A stretch of DNA of 64,000 nucleotides from Dehalococcoidia bacterium (GCA_020356025.1 CP070630.1:1311343-1375342); one strand, 5' to 3'; counted from the first letter of the stretch, positions 27,029 through 36,746 are shown. The notes: a model not told the origin generated them from the letters alone. Numbers and translations are program-made.

Positions 27029-27036
27029 ATTATACT
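27029..27036. promoter_or_regulatory. overlapping divergent -10 boxes (plus TATACT 27031-27036; minus TATAAT 27029-27034)
   Basis: The near-palindrome CCATTATACTATGG reads as a -10 hexamer on both strands, between the RAM-domain gene (minus) and the aconitase gene (plus). Confidence 0.4.
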
Positions 27037-27135
27037 ATGGCACCAGCAAGTGGCTTGCGGCGTCTCACAGCGATGCTTACAGGCTGACGAGGCCGGTCTG
27101 CTGCCAGGCGGAGTCTGAGGAGGGAACTCGAATCC

Positions 27136-29064
27136 TTGGCTAAGAATTTGACCTACAAGATCCTGGAAGAACACCTACTTGCCGGGAAGTTAGAGCCCGG
27201 AACCGAGATAGGCATCCGAATTGATCAGACCCTTACCCAAGACGCCACCGGCACTATGGCCTACCTCCAGTTCGAGGCCATGGGCATCCCCCGAGTGCGC
27301 ACCAAGCTCTCGGTGAGCTACATCGACCACAACATGCTCCAGGCCGGCTTCGAAAACGCCGACGACCATCGCTTTCTCCAGAGCATCGCCGCCAAGTACG
27401 GCATCTACTTCTCTCGCCCGGGTAACGGCATCTGCCACCAGGTGCATCTCGAGCGTTTCGGCGTGCCGGGGGAGACGCTCGTCGGATCAGATAGCCACAC
27501 GCCCACCGGCGGCGGCCTGGGCATGATCGCCATCGGAGCCGGTGGCCTGGACGTGGCGGTAGCCATGGGCGGCCAGCCCTTCTACGTCATAGCCCCCAAG
27601 GTGGTGCTGGTACGTCTCACTGGTAGCCTGCCACCCTGGGTCTCGGGCAAGGACATCATCCTGGAGGTGCTCCGCCGCCAGACGGTGAAGGGCGGCCTGG
27701 GCAGGGTCTTCGAGTACGGCGGCCCGGGCGTGGAGAACCTCTCCGTGCCCGAGCGGGCCACCATCACCAACATGGGCGCCGAGCTGGGTGCCACCACCTC
27801 CATCTTCCCCAGCGACGAGCAGACCCGCGAATACCTGCGCGCCCAGAAGCGCGAGGACGCATGGCGCCCCCTGGCCGCTGACCCCGACGCCGAGTACGAC
27901 GAGGTGGTCGAGATCGACCTCGGCACTCTGGAGCCGCTCGTTGCCTGCCCCTCCAGCCCCGACGCGGTCGTTCCCGTGCGCGAGCTGGCCGGGACAGAAG
28001 TCTCGCAGGTCTGTGTAGGTAGCTGCACCAACTCTTCCTACCACGACCTGATGGTGGTGGCCAGCGTCCTCAAGGGCCACACAGTGCACCCACAGGTGAG
28101 CATGACGATAAGCCCCGGCTCACGCCAGGTGTTCACCATGATCGCTCACTCCGGCGCTTTAGCCGACCTCATCCAGTCGGGCGCTCGCATCCTGGAGTCA
28201 GCCTGCGGCCCCTGCATCGGCATGGGCCAGGCGCCCCCCACCGGCTGGGCTACCCTGCGCACCTTCAATCGCAACTTCCCCGGCCGCAGCGGCACCCCCG
28301 ACGACCTCGTCCATCTCGCCAGCCCCGAGGTAGCGGCCGCCACCGCCCTGCGCGGCGTCATCAGCGACCCCCGCGAGCTGGGCGAGCCACCCCACATCGA
28401 GCTGCCGCGGGAGTTCTTCATCGACGATTCCATGATCATGCCGCCTACCGAGAAGCCGGAGGAGGTGGAGATCATTCGCGGGCCCAACATCGCCCCCCTG
28501 CCGTTGGCGGAGCCGATGCCGGAGGAGATCCGCGGCGAAGTCCTCCTCAAGCTGGGCGACAACATCAGCACCGACACTATTCTGCCAGCAGGAGCCAGGG
28601 TCCTGCCCCTCCGCTCCAACATCCCTGCCATCTCCCAGTACGTGTTCAACTACGTGGACTGGACCTTCCCCCAGCGCGCCAAGCAGGCAGGCGTCAGCAT
28701 GGTCGCAGGCGGAGCCAACTACGGCCAGGGCTCCAGCCGCGAGCACGCCGCCCTCGCCCCCATGTATCTGGGCGTGAAGGCAGTGTTTGCCAAGACGTTC
28801 GCCCGCATGCACCACACTAACCTGATCAACTTTGGCATCCTGCCCCTGCGCTTCATCGACGATGCAGACTACGACCGCCTGAACGCCGGGGACGTGCTGC
28901 TGATCCCCAACGTGCGACAGGCAATAAAAGATGGAAGCCAAATCACAGTACGCAACACCATCCAGGGATATGAATTCACCGCTCGTCACGAGCTGACGCC
29001 GCGTCAAATAGAGATTGTGCTGGCCGGCGGGCTGTTGAATCAGGTTCGCAGCTCCCAAAGCTAG
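27136..29064 (+). CDS. aconitate hydratase (short ~640-aa 'Aquifex-type' aconitase family member)
   Basis: Aconitase Fe-S ligand regions (GSDSHT, VGSCTNSS, CGPCIGMG) and a C-terminal swivel domain (GGANYGQGSSREHAA). TTG start behind GAGGAGGG. Confidence 0.9.
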   Translation: MAKNLTYKILEEHLLAGKLEPGTEIGIRIDQTLTQDATGTMAYLQFEAMGIPRVRTKLSVSYIDHNMLQAGFENADDHRFLQSIAAKYGIYFSRPGNGICHQVHLERFGVPGETLVGSDSHTPTGGGLGMIAIGAGGLDVAVAMGGQPFYVIAPKVVLVRLTGSLPPWVSGKDIILEVLRRQTVKGGLGRVFEYGGPGVENLSVPERATITNMGAELGATTSIFPSDEQTREYLRAQKREDAWRPLAADPDAEYDEVVEIDLGTLEPLVACPSSPDAVVPVRELAGTEVSQVCVGSCTNSSYHDLMVVASVLKGHTVHPQVSMTISPGSRQVFTMIAHSGALADLIQSGARILESACGPCIGMGQAPPTGWATLRTFNRNFPGRSGTPDDLVHLASPEVAAATALRGVISDPRELGEPPHIELPREFFIDDSMIMPPTEKPEEVEIIRGPNIAPLPLAEPMPEEIRGEVLLKLGDNISTDTILPAGARVLPLRSNIPAISQYVFNYVDWTFPQRAKQAGVSMVAGGANYGQGSSREHAALAPMYLGVKAVFAKTFARMHHTNLINFGILPLRFIDDADYDRLNAGDVLLIPNVRQAIKDGSQITVRNTIQGYEFTARHELTPRQIEIVLAGGLLNQVRSSQS

Positions 29065-29091
29065 GCCAGAAGAAAGGAGAGGTAAGCTGCT

Positions 29092-30018
29092 ATGCGCAAA
29101 AAGGTAACCATCGTCGGGGCTGGCGCCACCGGCGGATCAATGGTCGAGATCCTTCAGGCGAAGGGTTACGCCGACATCGTCGTCGTGGACATCATCGAGG
29201 GCTTGCCCCAGGGCAAGGCCCTGGACCAGGCCCATGCAGGACCGCTGGTGGGCTCCGATGCCCGCATCATCGGCACCAACGACTGGAAGGACACGGCCGG
29301 CTCGGACGTGGTGGTGATCACCTCCGGCTCCCCCCGAAAGCCAGGCATGAGCCGCGAGGACCTGGTGAACATCAACGCCAACATCGTGCGAGACGTGGCC
29401 GCGAAGGCCGTTAAGCACTCCCCCGATACCATCATCGTCGAGTTCGCCAACCCCATGGATGCCATGTGCCACGTCGCCAAGGATGCCAGCAAACTCCCCC
29501 GCAACCGCATCATCGGCCAGGGCGGCATGCTGGACAGCACCCGCTTCCGCACCTTCCTGGGCTGGGAGGTAGGAGCCTCGGTCAAGGACGTCGACGCCTA
29601 CGTCCTGGGCGGCCACACCGATGCCACCATGGTCCCCATCGTCAGCCACGCCTTTATCGGGGGCATACCCCTGCGCCAGCTTCTGCCCAAGGATCGCATC
29701 GACGCCATCGTTGAGCGGACACGCAAGGCAGGGACGGAGATCGTGGGCCTTCTGGGCACCAGCGCCTGGTACTCTCCGGCCTGGGGCACGATAGAGATGG
29801 TGGAGTCCATCCTGCTGGACCGCAAGCGCATCCTGCCCTGCAGCATCTTCCTGGAGGGCGAATACGGCATCAAGGGCTCCTTCGTGGGAGTGCTGGCCCA
29901 GCTGGGCGCCGGCGGACTGGAGAAGGTCATCGAGGTCGAGCTCGAGCCGGACGAGGTCGCAGGCCTCAAGAAGGCCGCCGACGCCGTACTTGAGTTGGTC
30001 GGCCTGATCAAGAAGTAG
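29092..30018 (+). CDS. mdh: malate dehydrogenase (LDH-like type)
   Basis: KVTIVGAGATGGS Rossmann motif, GSPRKPGMSREDL (Arg specifying oxaloacetate) and GGHTD catalytic His. Confidence 0.95.
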   Translation: MRKKVTIVGAGATGGSMVEILQAKGYADIVVVDIIEGLPQGKALDQAHAGPLVGSDARIIGTNDWKDTAGSDVVVITSGSPRKPGMSREDLVNINANIVRDVAAKAVKHSPDTIIVEFANPMDAMCHVAKDASKLPRNRIIGQGGMLDSTRFRTFLGWEVGASVKDVDAYVLGGHTDATMVPIVSHAFIGGIPLRQLLPKDRIDAIVERTRKAGTEIVGLLGTSAWYSPAWGTIEMVESILLDRKRILPCSIFLEGEYGIKGSFVGVLAQLGAGGLEKVIEVELEPDEVAGLKKAADAVLELVGLIKK

Positions 30019-30050
30019 CCGGAAGAGGAGCCGGCCAGAATCGAGGTGAC

Positions 30051-30896
30051 ATGCGGGATATTAGCTGTCAGACCATCAGCGAAACGGTGGCACGCCTCTG
30101 CCAGGAGGCGACCTCCCTCCTGCCCGACGACGTTCTTCAGGCGCTGAAGAAGGCGCGGGACAAGGAGGAATCGCCCCTGGGCCAGAAGATCCTCGACCAG
30201 ATCCTGGAAAACGCCGAACTGGCCAAGAAGGAAATGCTCCCCCTCTGCCAGGACACCGGCACAACCGTGGTCTTCCTGGAGGTCGGTCAGGACGCACACA
30301 TTGTGGGCGGCGACCTGAACGAGTGCATCAAGCAGGGCGTGATCGAGGGCTATGACAAGGGCTACCTGCGAAAGTCCATGGTGGAGAGGCCCTTCTCAGC
30401 CCGCGTCAACACCAAGGACAACACACCGCCCGTCATCCACACCGAGATCGTGCCCGGCGATAAGCTGAAGATCCAGGTGATGCCCAAGGGTGGCGGCTGC
30501 GAGAACATGAGCCGCCTCGCTATCCTCCTGCCCGCCGAGGGCAAGAAGGGCGTTACCGATTTCGTCCTGCGAGCGGTGGAGGAGGCGGGCGGCAACCCTT
30601 GCCCGCCGATCATCGTGGGTGTGGGGATCGGCGGCACTGCCGAACTGGCCGTGTCCCTGGCCAAGAAAGCCCTCACCCGCAAGGTGGGCCGGCCGAACGC
30701 CGACGCCGAGGTGGTGGACCTGGAGCGGGAGCTCCTGGAGAAGGTGAACGCCCTGGGCATAGGGCCCCAAGCGGTGGGTGGACGGATCACTGCCCTGGCT
30801 GTGCATGTGGAGACTCACCCCACGCATATCACGTCCCTACCGGTGGCGGTGAACATTCAGTGCCACAGCGCCCGCCTGAAAGAAGCGGTGCTGTAG
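30051..30896 (+). CDS. class I (Fe-S) fumarate hydratase / tartrate dehydratase, alpha subunit
   Basis: PLCQDTGT and PKGGGCENMS motifs of the two-subunit class-I hydro-lyase. Confidence 0.9.
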   Translation: MRDISCQTISETVARLCQEATSLLPDDVLQALKKARDKEESPLGQKILDQILENAELAKKEMLPLCQDTGTTVVFLEVGQDAHIVGGDLNECIKQGVIEGYDKGYLRKSMVERPFSARVNTKDNTPPVIHTEIVPGDKLKIQVMPKGGGCENMSRLAILLPAEGKKGVTDFVLRAVEEAGGNPCPPIIVGVGIGGTAELAVSLAKKALTRKVGRPNADAEVVDLERELLEKVNALGIGPQAVGGRITALAVHVETHPTHITSLPVAVNIQCHSARLKEAVL

Positions 30897-30911
30897 GAGG
30901 GGAGACCGAAC

Positions 30912-31463
30912 ATGGACATCAAGCTTCCCCTGACCGACGAGACCGTCGCGAAGCTCCGCGCCGGTGATGACGTGCGCTTCACGGGAGTGATCTATACCGC
31001 CCGCGACGCTGCCCATCGGCGGATGGTCGAGTCCCTGGACAAGGGCGAGTCTCTGCCCTTCGACATTCGCGGCCAGGTGATCTACTACGTGGGGCCGACA
31101 CCCGCCAAGCCCGGCCAGGTCATCGGCTCCGCCGGGCCGACCACCTCCATGCGGCTCGACCGCTTCACGCCTCCCCTGCTGGCCGCCGGCCTAAAGGGGA
31201 TCATCGGCAAGGGCGGCCGCGGGCAGGCCGTGCGAGACGCTCTCAAGCAGTACAAGGGGGTGTATTTCATCGCCGTGGGCGGCGCGGGAGCCCTGCTGGC
31301 CCGCCAGATCAAGAAGGTAGACATCGTGGCCTACGAGGATCTGGGCACCGAAGCCGTGCGTCGGCTGGAGGTAGAGGACTTCCCGGTCATCGTCTGCAAC
31401 GACATCTATGGCAGCGACCTGCTGGAGGAGGGCAAGTCCCGCTACAAGCTGGCCGTCGGCTAG
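30912..31463 (+). CDS. class I fumarate hydratase / tartrate dehydratase, beta subunit
   Basis: GVIYTARDAAHRR..., GPTTSMRLD..., KGIIGKGGR pattern. Directly follows the alpha subunit. Confidence 0.9.
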   Translation: MDIKLPLTDETVAKLRAGDDVRFTGVIYTARDAAHRRMVESLDKGESLPFDIRGQVIYYVGPTPAKPGQVIGSAGPTTSMRLDRFTPPLLAAGLKGIIGKGGRGQAVRDALKQYKGVYFIAVGGAGALLARQIKKVDIVAYEDLGTEAVRRLEVEDFPVIVCNDIYGSDLLEEGKSRYKLAVG

Positions 31464-31482
31464 GCCGTTTGCCAGCAGGAAG

Positions 31483-32148
31483 TCATCGCCAGCGCCATCC
31501 GTCCGTGATCTGGTCTGCGTAGACCAGCGGAAGAACCAGCACGGCGGCGCAGGCGTACCCGCCTGCCACATCGCTGGCCCAGTGCACCCCCATGTAGACC
31601 TGGGCCGGCCCGGCGATGACCAGCATGAAGGCGCACCATCCCACGAGCGCCGCCCTTAGGGCTTGGGGCACGGCCATTCGCGCCGATACGTATAGCAGGA
31701 AGCCGTAGAGCAGAGCTGGGCTCATCACGTGACCTGACGGGAACGAGGGGCTGGAGTAGCCTGCCCGCAGGTCGACAAGGTCCTCCGTGGGCCGCGGCCT
31801 ATCGACCAGCTCCTTCAGGCCGTGCTGGAGAAAAGGCAGCACCATCAACCCCAGGCCCAGTAGCAGAGCCTGGCGCCGCCTGCCCAGCAGCCAAAGGACG
31901 ACCGCGACCGCGCCTCCCGTGCCCAGCACCACCTCGGTGCTGCCAACCGCCCGCACCAATCGCGACACGCCCATGCCGGGGAACAGGGAGCCCTGCACCC
32001 ACTCAGTGATGTCGAGATCGCCCGGCAGCCGCGAGTGCAGGCTCGCCAGCACACTCAAGACGATCGCTCCGGCGAGCACGACAAGCCAGATGCCGCCCCA
32101 TAGGGCTGCTCCGCGCCAAAACCTCCACGGACGAACCAGGGCGTTCAT
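31483..32148 (-). CDS. PAP2-family membrane phosphatase
   Basis: Multi-TM protein with PAP2 motifs (KELVDRPRP, SFPSGH, ...MGVHWASDV). Confidence 0.75.
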   Translation of the reverse strand: MNALVRPWRFWRGAALWGGIWLVVLAGAIVLSVLASLHSRLPGDLDITEWVQGSLFPGMGVSRLVRAVGSTEVVLGTGGAVAVVLWLLGRRRQALLLGLGLMVLPFLQHGLKELVDRPRPTEDLVDLRAGYSSPSFPSGHVMSPALLYGFLLYVSARMAVPQALRAALVGWCAFMLVIAGPAQVYMGVHWASDVAGGYACAAVLVLPLVYADQITDGWRWR

Positions 32149-32264
32149 ACGGAGAATCCGTCACTCCGAGCCGCCGACAGGCAGAAGCCGCAACGTGGCC
32201 TCGGCCGTCGGCCCTATTGTACCGCGGAGACGATAAGGGGCTATCGGCTAGAGCCGGAGTCGGA

Positions 32265-33146
32265 TCACAGCCCCAGCTTGTCGAGGACGCTCTTGACCTG
32301 GACAGCGTGGCGGTCGAAGCCCAGGTCCGGCGGGTCGACCCCCAGAGCCAAAGCGATAAGCTGCGTCAGGTGAAAGACTGGCATGTTGATCTTGCTTTCG
32401 CGCTGCTCGCTGGCTTGCGGCTGGACGCCGTCGAGGTTCATGTGACAGAGGGGACAAGGAGTGACCATGCAGTCGGCGCCCTTCTCCTTGGCCTCCACAG
32501 TGTGCGTGCCGACCATCGCCGCCGAGTTCTCATCGTTGACGCCCACCAGAGGGTAGCCGCAGCAGAGGGTCTTGCCACGGTACTCCACCGCCTCCGCCCC
32601 CAGGGCCTCGATGAGCGACTCCAGGCACGTCCCGCGCTCCGGGTGCTCGTCGATACCCAGAGCGGCCGACGGACGAAGGAGGTAGCAGCCGTAGAACGGG
32701 GCTACCCGAAGGCCCGCCAGAGACCTGACCACAGCCTTCCTCACCTCGTCGAGGCCGTAGTCTTCCACCAGAACCCAGAGGAGGTGCTTCACCTCCAGAT
32801 TGCCGCTGTACTTCATTCCCTGCTCTTCTAGGGTCTGGTTTATCTGGGCCAGGTAATCAGGCTTCTCCTTCAGCCTCTTCCTGGCCTGGCTGAATACCCC
32901 CTGACAGGTGCTACAGATGGTCATGAGGGGAAGGCCCATGTCCTCCGCCATGGCGAAGGTGCTGGCGTTGAGGGTGTCGGCATAGACGAGATCCCTCGCT
33001 TGAAGGATGCCCGAGCCGGTGCAAGGAGCGAGGCTTAGGTCCTCCAGCTCTATCCCCAGCTTGTCACAGACGGCTGCCGCAGTGATACGCAGTTCAGGAG
33101 TCCCCTGTCGGGGGACGCTGCAGCCTGGCCAATAGGCGAACTTCAT
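32265..33146 (-). CDS. HdrB/SdhE-like CCG-domain protein (putative third subunit of a type-E succinate:quinone oxidoreductase)
   Basis: Two Cys-rich CCG-type repeats (WPGCS...APCTGSG...CSTC; FYGCY...LCCGYP...TPCPLCHMNL). Last gene of the sdhA-sdhB-containing minus-strand operon. Confidence 0.8.
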   Translation of the reverse strand: MKFAYWPGCSVPRQGTPELRITAAAVCDKLGIELEDLSLAPCTGSGILQARDLVYADTLNASTFAMAEDMGLPLMTICSTCQGVFSQARKRLKEKPDYLAQINQTLEEQGMKYSGNLEVKHLLWVLVEDYGLDEVRKAVVRSLAGLRVAPFYGCYLLRPSAALGIDEHPERGTCLESLIEALGAEAVEYRGKTLCCGYPLVGVNDENSAAMVGTHTVEAKEKGADCMVTPCPLCHMNLDGVQPQASEQRESKINMPVFHLTQLIALALGVDPPDLGFDRHAVQVKSVLDKLGL

Positions 33147-33166
33147 CCTCTAAACCTCCCTAGACC

Positions 33167-33964
33167 CTAGAGCCAGCTCGACTCGCGCACTGTCTTCTCG
33201 AACTCAAGGGTGTGGCGAGCCCCGAGGTACTCCTCATGACCCTGCTCGATGGCCTTCCGGCGCAGGGCAAGAATCTGATCCATAGGCGCGACGGTTTTGG
33301 GACAGACCTCCAGGCAGAAGTTGCAGCGGGTGCAATCCCAGATGCCCTCAAGACGGCTGAGAGCCAGCAGACGCTCGGCATCAGCGTCGTCCCGTGGGTC
33401 GCCCACGAATCGATACGCCTTGGCCAGCGCTGCCGGGGCCAGGAACGTCTGCTCGTACGGCTTGCCCAGGCTCAGCTCCGTCTCCAGCACAGTGCAGTCG
33501 GAGACGCAGGAGCCGCACATAATGCAGGCCATGACGTCGGCCAGCGGGCGCATTACCTCATGGGGCACCAGGTACTCTCGCTCCGGCGGAGGCCCCTTGG
33601 GCTGGATCCACGGCTCCACCGCCCGCACCTTCTGCCAGAAGGGATCCATGTCCGCTACCAGGTCCTTGATTACGGGCATGTTGCCCACAGGCTCCACCAC
33701 GATCTCCTCGCCATCCACTGCGAGCGCTGAGACCTTAGTCTTGCAGGCCAACCGTGCTTGCCCGTTGATACGCATGGCGCACGAGCCGCAGATGGCGCTG
33801 CTACAGGAGCAGCGCAAAGCCAAGCTATCGTCCAACTCCTCGCGGATCTGAAGGAGCACCTCAAGAACGGTGGCGTAGTCGGGAACCTCCAGGGCGTAGG
33901 ACTGATAGCGCGCACCCTCTCCCGACTCGGGATCGAAGCGGCGGACTCTCAGCCTGGCTTCCAT
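33167..33964 (-). CDS. sdhB: succinate dehydrogenase/fumarate reductase iron-sulfur subunit (type-E-like, all-Cys third cluster motif)
   Basis: 2Fe-2S motif CSSAICGSCAM...LACKT and 4Fe-4S motif CIMCGSCVSDC. The third motif, CTRCNFCLEVCP, is a complete CxxCxxCxxxCP. ATG overlaps the sdhA TAA stop (TAATG). Confidence 0.9.
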   Translation of the reverse strand: MEARLRVRRFDPESGEGARYQSYALEVPDYATVLEVLLQIREELDDSLALRCSCSSAICGSCAMRINGQARLACKTKVSALAVDGEEIVVEPVGNMPVIKDLVADMDPFWQKVRAVEPWIQPKGPPPEREYLVPHEVMRPLADVMACIMCGSCVSDCTVLETELSLGKPYEQTFLAPAALAKAYRFVGDPRDDADAERLLALSRLEGIWDCTRCNFCLEVCPKTVAPMDQILALRRKAIEQGHEEYLGARHTLEFEKTVRESSWL

Positions 33965-35637
33965 TAGTAGACCCTCCTCTCTGGCTGCCAGCGGGTAATG
34001 GTAACGGGGGAGTAGTCAAGGCTGGGCCCCTCCGGAGTGTATCGGACGAGGACGTGCTTCAACCATTCCTCGTCATCACGCTGGGGATAATCGACCCGGA
34101 ACTGGGCGCCGCGGCTCTCCTTGCGGTGGAGGGGAGCGAAGGCCATAGCCTCCGCCAGATCGAGCATGTTGCCCAGCTCCAAGTGGAACAGCAGACTCGT
34201 GTTGAACACCCGACTCCTATCGTGCACCCCTACTCGCTTGTAGCGCTCCTTGAGCTCAGCTATCTTGGCCACCGCCGTATTCAGGCCCTCCTCGTTACGG
34301 AACATGCCTACGTATCGGTTCATCGTCTCGCCCATCTCCATCCGGATGCGAGCCACGGAGTCGCCGCTGTCGGAGCGGTCGAGGACCGCCTTGATCCTGT
34401 CCCCCTCCTGGCTGACCAGCGCCTCCGAGACGTTGCCGGCAGGGACCCCACCGGCGTACTCGGCGGCTGCGGCACCGGAGCGACGGCCAAACACAACCGT
34501 CTCCAGAAGCGAGTTGCCGCCCAGCCGATTGGCCCCATGAACGGTAACGCAGGCGCACTCGCCAGAGGCGTACAGGCCGGGCAGAAGGGTGGCACCATCG
34601 ACATCCGTCTTGATGCCGCCCATGAAGTAGTGCATGCTCGGCCGAATTGGTATGGGCTCCTCTATGGAGTCCACACCGGCGATGTCCATGGCCAGCTCGT
34701 GGATCTGCGGCAGGCGCTCCAGGATCTTCTCCCGGCCCAGGTGACGCAGGTCCAAGAGGATGAAGCCGTTGACACCCCGCCCCTCATCGATCTCTGTCTG
34801 CTCAGCCCGCGAGACAACATCACGCGACGCCAGCTCGATCATCTTGGGGGCGTACTTCTCCATGAACCGCTCGCCCTTGGAGTTCAGAAGATAGCCCCCT
34901 TCACCCCGCGCCCCCTCCGTCATGAGGATGCCGTTACGCAAAGCCGTAGGATGATACTGAACGAACTCCGTATCCATGAGTGCAGCGCCTGCGCGATAGG
35001 CCAGAGCCTGACCGTCGCCCGTACTGATCAGGCTGTTGGTCGAAGGCTCGTAGACACGGCCCAAGCCGCCGGTGGCCATGATCACCACCTTGGCGCTGAA
35101 GGCCTGTAGCTGGCCGCTGCGAATCTCCATGGCCAGCGCGCCGCGGCAGACGCCATCTTCGACAATGAGAGAGGTAGCGAACCATTCTTCATAGACGCGC
35201 ACCCCGGCCTGCAGTATCTGCTCGTGCAACACGTGCAGAAGGACCTGACCGGTGATGTCGGCCACGTAGCAGGTGCGGGGAAATGCGGCGCCGCCGAAGG
35301 GCCGCTGAGCGATGCGACCGTCCTCCTCCCGACCGAAGACGGTGCCCATGTGCTCCAGCTCGATGATGTCTCCCGGCGCCTCTTTGCAGAAGATCTCGAT
35401 GGAGTCCTGGTCCCCCAGAAAGTCGCTCCCCTTTACGGTGTCGAAGGAGTGCTTCTCCCAGGAATCGTCCTCGCCCAGGGCAGCATTGATGCCTCCCTGA
35501 GCCTGCGTGGAATGGCTCCTGACGGGATGAACCTTGGACAGGACAGCCACGTCTACCCCTTTGCGGCGCGCCTCCAGGGCCGCCCGCATTCCGGCCAGAC
35601 CGGCGCCGATTACCAACACGTCATGCGTTAGCACCAC
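33964..35637 (-). CDS. sdhA: succinate dehydrogenase/fumarate reductase flavoprotein subunit
   Basis: DVLVIGAGLAGMRAA FAD motif, RSHSTQAQGGI (covalent-FAD His region), HPT...EGARGEGG and HGANRLGGNSL. Start set to GTG 35637, 5 nt after GGAGG (35634 is also possible). The track start at 35727 overlaps the nudix gene. Confidence 0.9.
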   Translation of the reverse strand: MVLTHDVLVIGAGLAGMRAALEARRKGVDVAVLSKVHPVRSHSTQAQGGINAALGEDDSWEKHSFDTVKGSDFLGDQDSIEIFCKEAPGDIIELEHMGTVFGREEDGRIAQRPFGGAAFPRTCYVADITGQVLLHVLHEQILQAGVRVYEEWFATSLIVEDGVCRGALAMEIRSGQLQAFSAKVVIMATGGLGRVYEPSTNSLISTGDGQALAYRAGAALMDTEFVQYHPTALRNGILMTEGARGEGGYLLNSKGERFMEKYAPKMIELASRDVVSRAEQTEIDEGRGVNGFILLDLRHLGREKILERLPQIHELAMDIAGVDSIEEPIPIRPSMHYFMGGIKTDVDGATLLPGLYASGECACVTVHGANRLGGNSLLETVVFGRRSGAAAAEYAGGVPAGNVSEALVSQEGDRIKAVLDRSDSGDSVARIRMEMGETMNRYVGMFRNEEGLNTAVAKIAELKERYKRVGVHDRSRVFNTSLLFHLELGNMLDLAEAMAFAPLHRKESRGAQFRVDYPQRDDEEWLKHVLVRYTPEGPSLDYSPVTITRWQPERRVY

Positions 35638-35659
35638 AGTCACCTCCAAACGGTTTATG

Positions 35660-35688
35660 AGTGTAGCATCCCGACGTTCTAGGTTCAA
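35660..35688 (-). promoter_or_regulatory. putative promoter of the sdhA-sdhB-sdhE-like operon
   Basis: Minus strand: TTGAAC, 17 nt spacer, TACACT, with the TGC extension (TGCTACACT). Confidence 0.5.
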
Positions 35689-35696
35689 CCGCGGGA

Positions 35697-36251
35697 CTAC
35701 ATCTTTTGATGCCTGGCTGCCGCCCACAGGCCGACGATCGTCTTCACATCGCGGATCTCGCCCCGCTCGATGAGCCGCAGCGCCTCCTCCAGAGGCAGGC
35801 GCAGCACTTCGATGCTCTCATCCGCATCGGCCGTCAGTGCACTGGGCTCCAGCCCCGTCGCCAGATACAGATGCATGTACTCGTCGCAGTAGCCCGGCGA
35901 GGCGAAAAAGCTGCACAGACGCTCCAGCCGGCCGGCCCGCTGGCCTGTCTCCTCCTGAAGCTCCCGCTGAGCGGCCTCCTCTGGGCTCTCGCCGGAGTCG
36001 ACGCCGCCGGCGGGAATCTCCAAGAGCGATTGCTTGACGGGCAAGCGGTACTGCCGTACCAGAAGGACATCCCCCCGGCTGTCAAGAGCAACGATAGCTA
36101 CGATGGGAGCGTGCTCCACCACTTCGCGGACGGCCGAGCGGCCATCGGGTAGCTTCACCCGATCCACCCGCAGGTTCACCACCCGCCCCTCGTATACCCG
36201 ACGGCTCTCCACCACTTGCTCCTGATCCGAGGGATTTCGAGGCGCCTGCAA
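35697..36251 (-). CDS. NUDIX hydrolase (ADP-ribose pyrophosphatase type)
   Basis: Nudix box GGVDSGESPEEAAQRELQEETG. Confidence 0.85.
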   Translation of the reverse strand: MQAPRNPSDQEQVVESRRVYEGRVVNLRVDRVKLPDGRSAVREVVEHAPIVAIVALDSRGDVLLVRQYRLPVKQSLLEIPAGGVDSGESPEEAAQRELQEETGQRAGRLERLCSFFASPGYCDEYMHLYLATGLEPSALTADADESIEVLRLPLEEALRLIERGEIRDVKTIVGLWAAARHQKM

Positions 36252-36263
36252 CAGATCCGGCCT

Positions 36264-36746
36264 CTACGAGACGGGAGGAGCCTTGAACTCGATGATGACC
36301 GCCACCTCATCGCAGTTGGGGAACTTCGGGCAGCGGAAGCACTCGCCCCAGACCTTGCGGGGCAGGGCCATCACGTCGGCCTGGTGGAAGCCCAGCCTCT
36401 CGAAAAAGTTGGGCTGGCGGGTCAAGGCAAAGACGGTGGTGATACCCAGAGCACGCGCCTCCTCAAGACACGACTCCACCAACTGCGCACCGACACCCTT
36501 GTCCCGCCACTCGTCAAGCACAGCAACGGAGCGAATTTCTGCCAGATCCTCCCACATGATGTGAAGGGCAGCACATGCCACTAGCCGCCCGTCGTCGCGC
36601 ACCACCAGGAAGTCGCGCAGTTGCTCATAGATCTCGGCCAGCGGCCGAGGGAGCATCTCCCCCAGAGAGGCAAGACTGCTCACCATATCCTGGATCGCGG
36701 GTGCGTCGGCCATAGTGGCCTTCTCGATGCGAAACTGCTCGCTCAC
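36264..36746 (-). CDS. GNAT-family N-acetyltransferase (ArgA-like short form)
   Basis: Acetyl-CoA binding motif RDKGVGAQLVE and a GNAT-sized protein. Confidence 0.8.
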   Translation of the reverse strand: MSEQFRIEKATMADAPAIQDMVSSLASLGEMLPRPLAEIYEQLRDFLVVRDDGRLVACAALHIMWEDLAEIRSVAVLDEWRDKGVGAQLVESCLEEARALGITTVFALTRQPNFFERLGFHQADVMALPRKVWGECFRCPKFPNCDEVAVIIEFKAPPVS

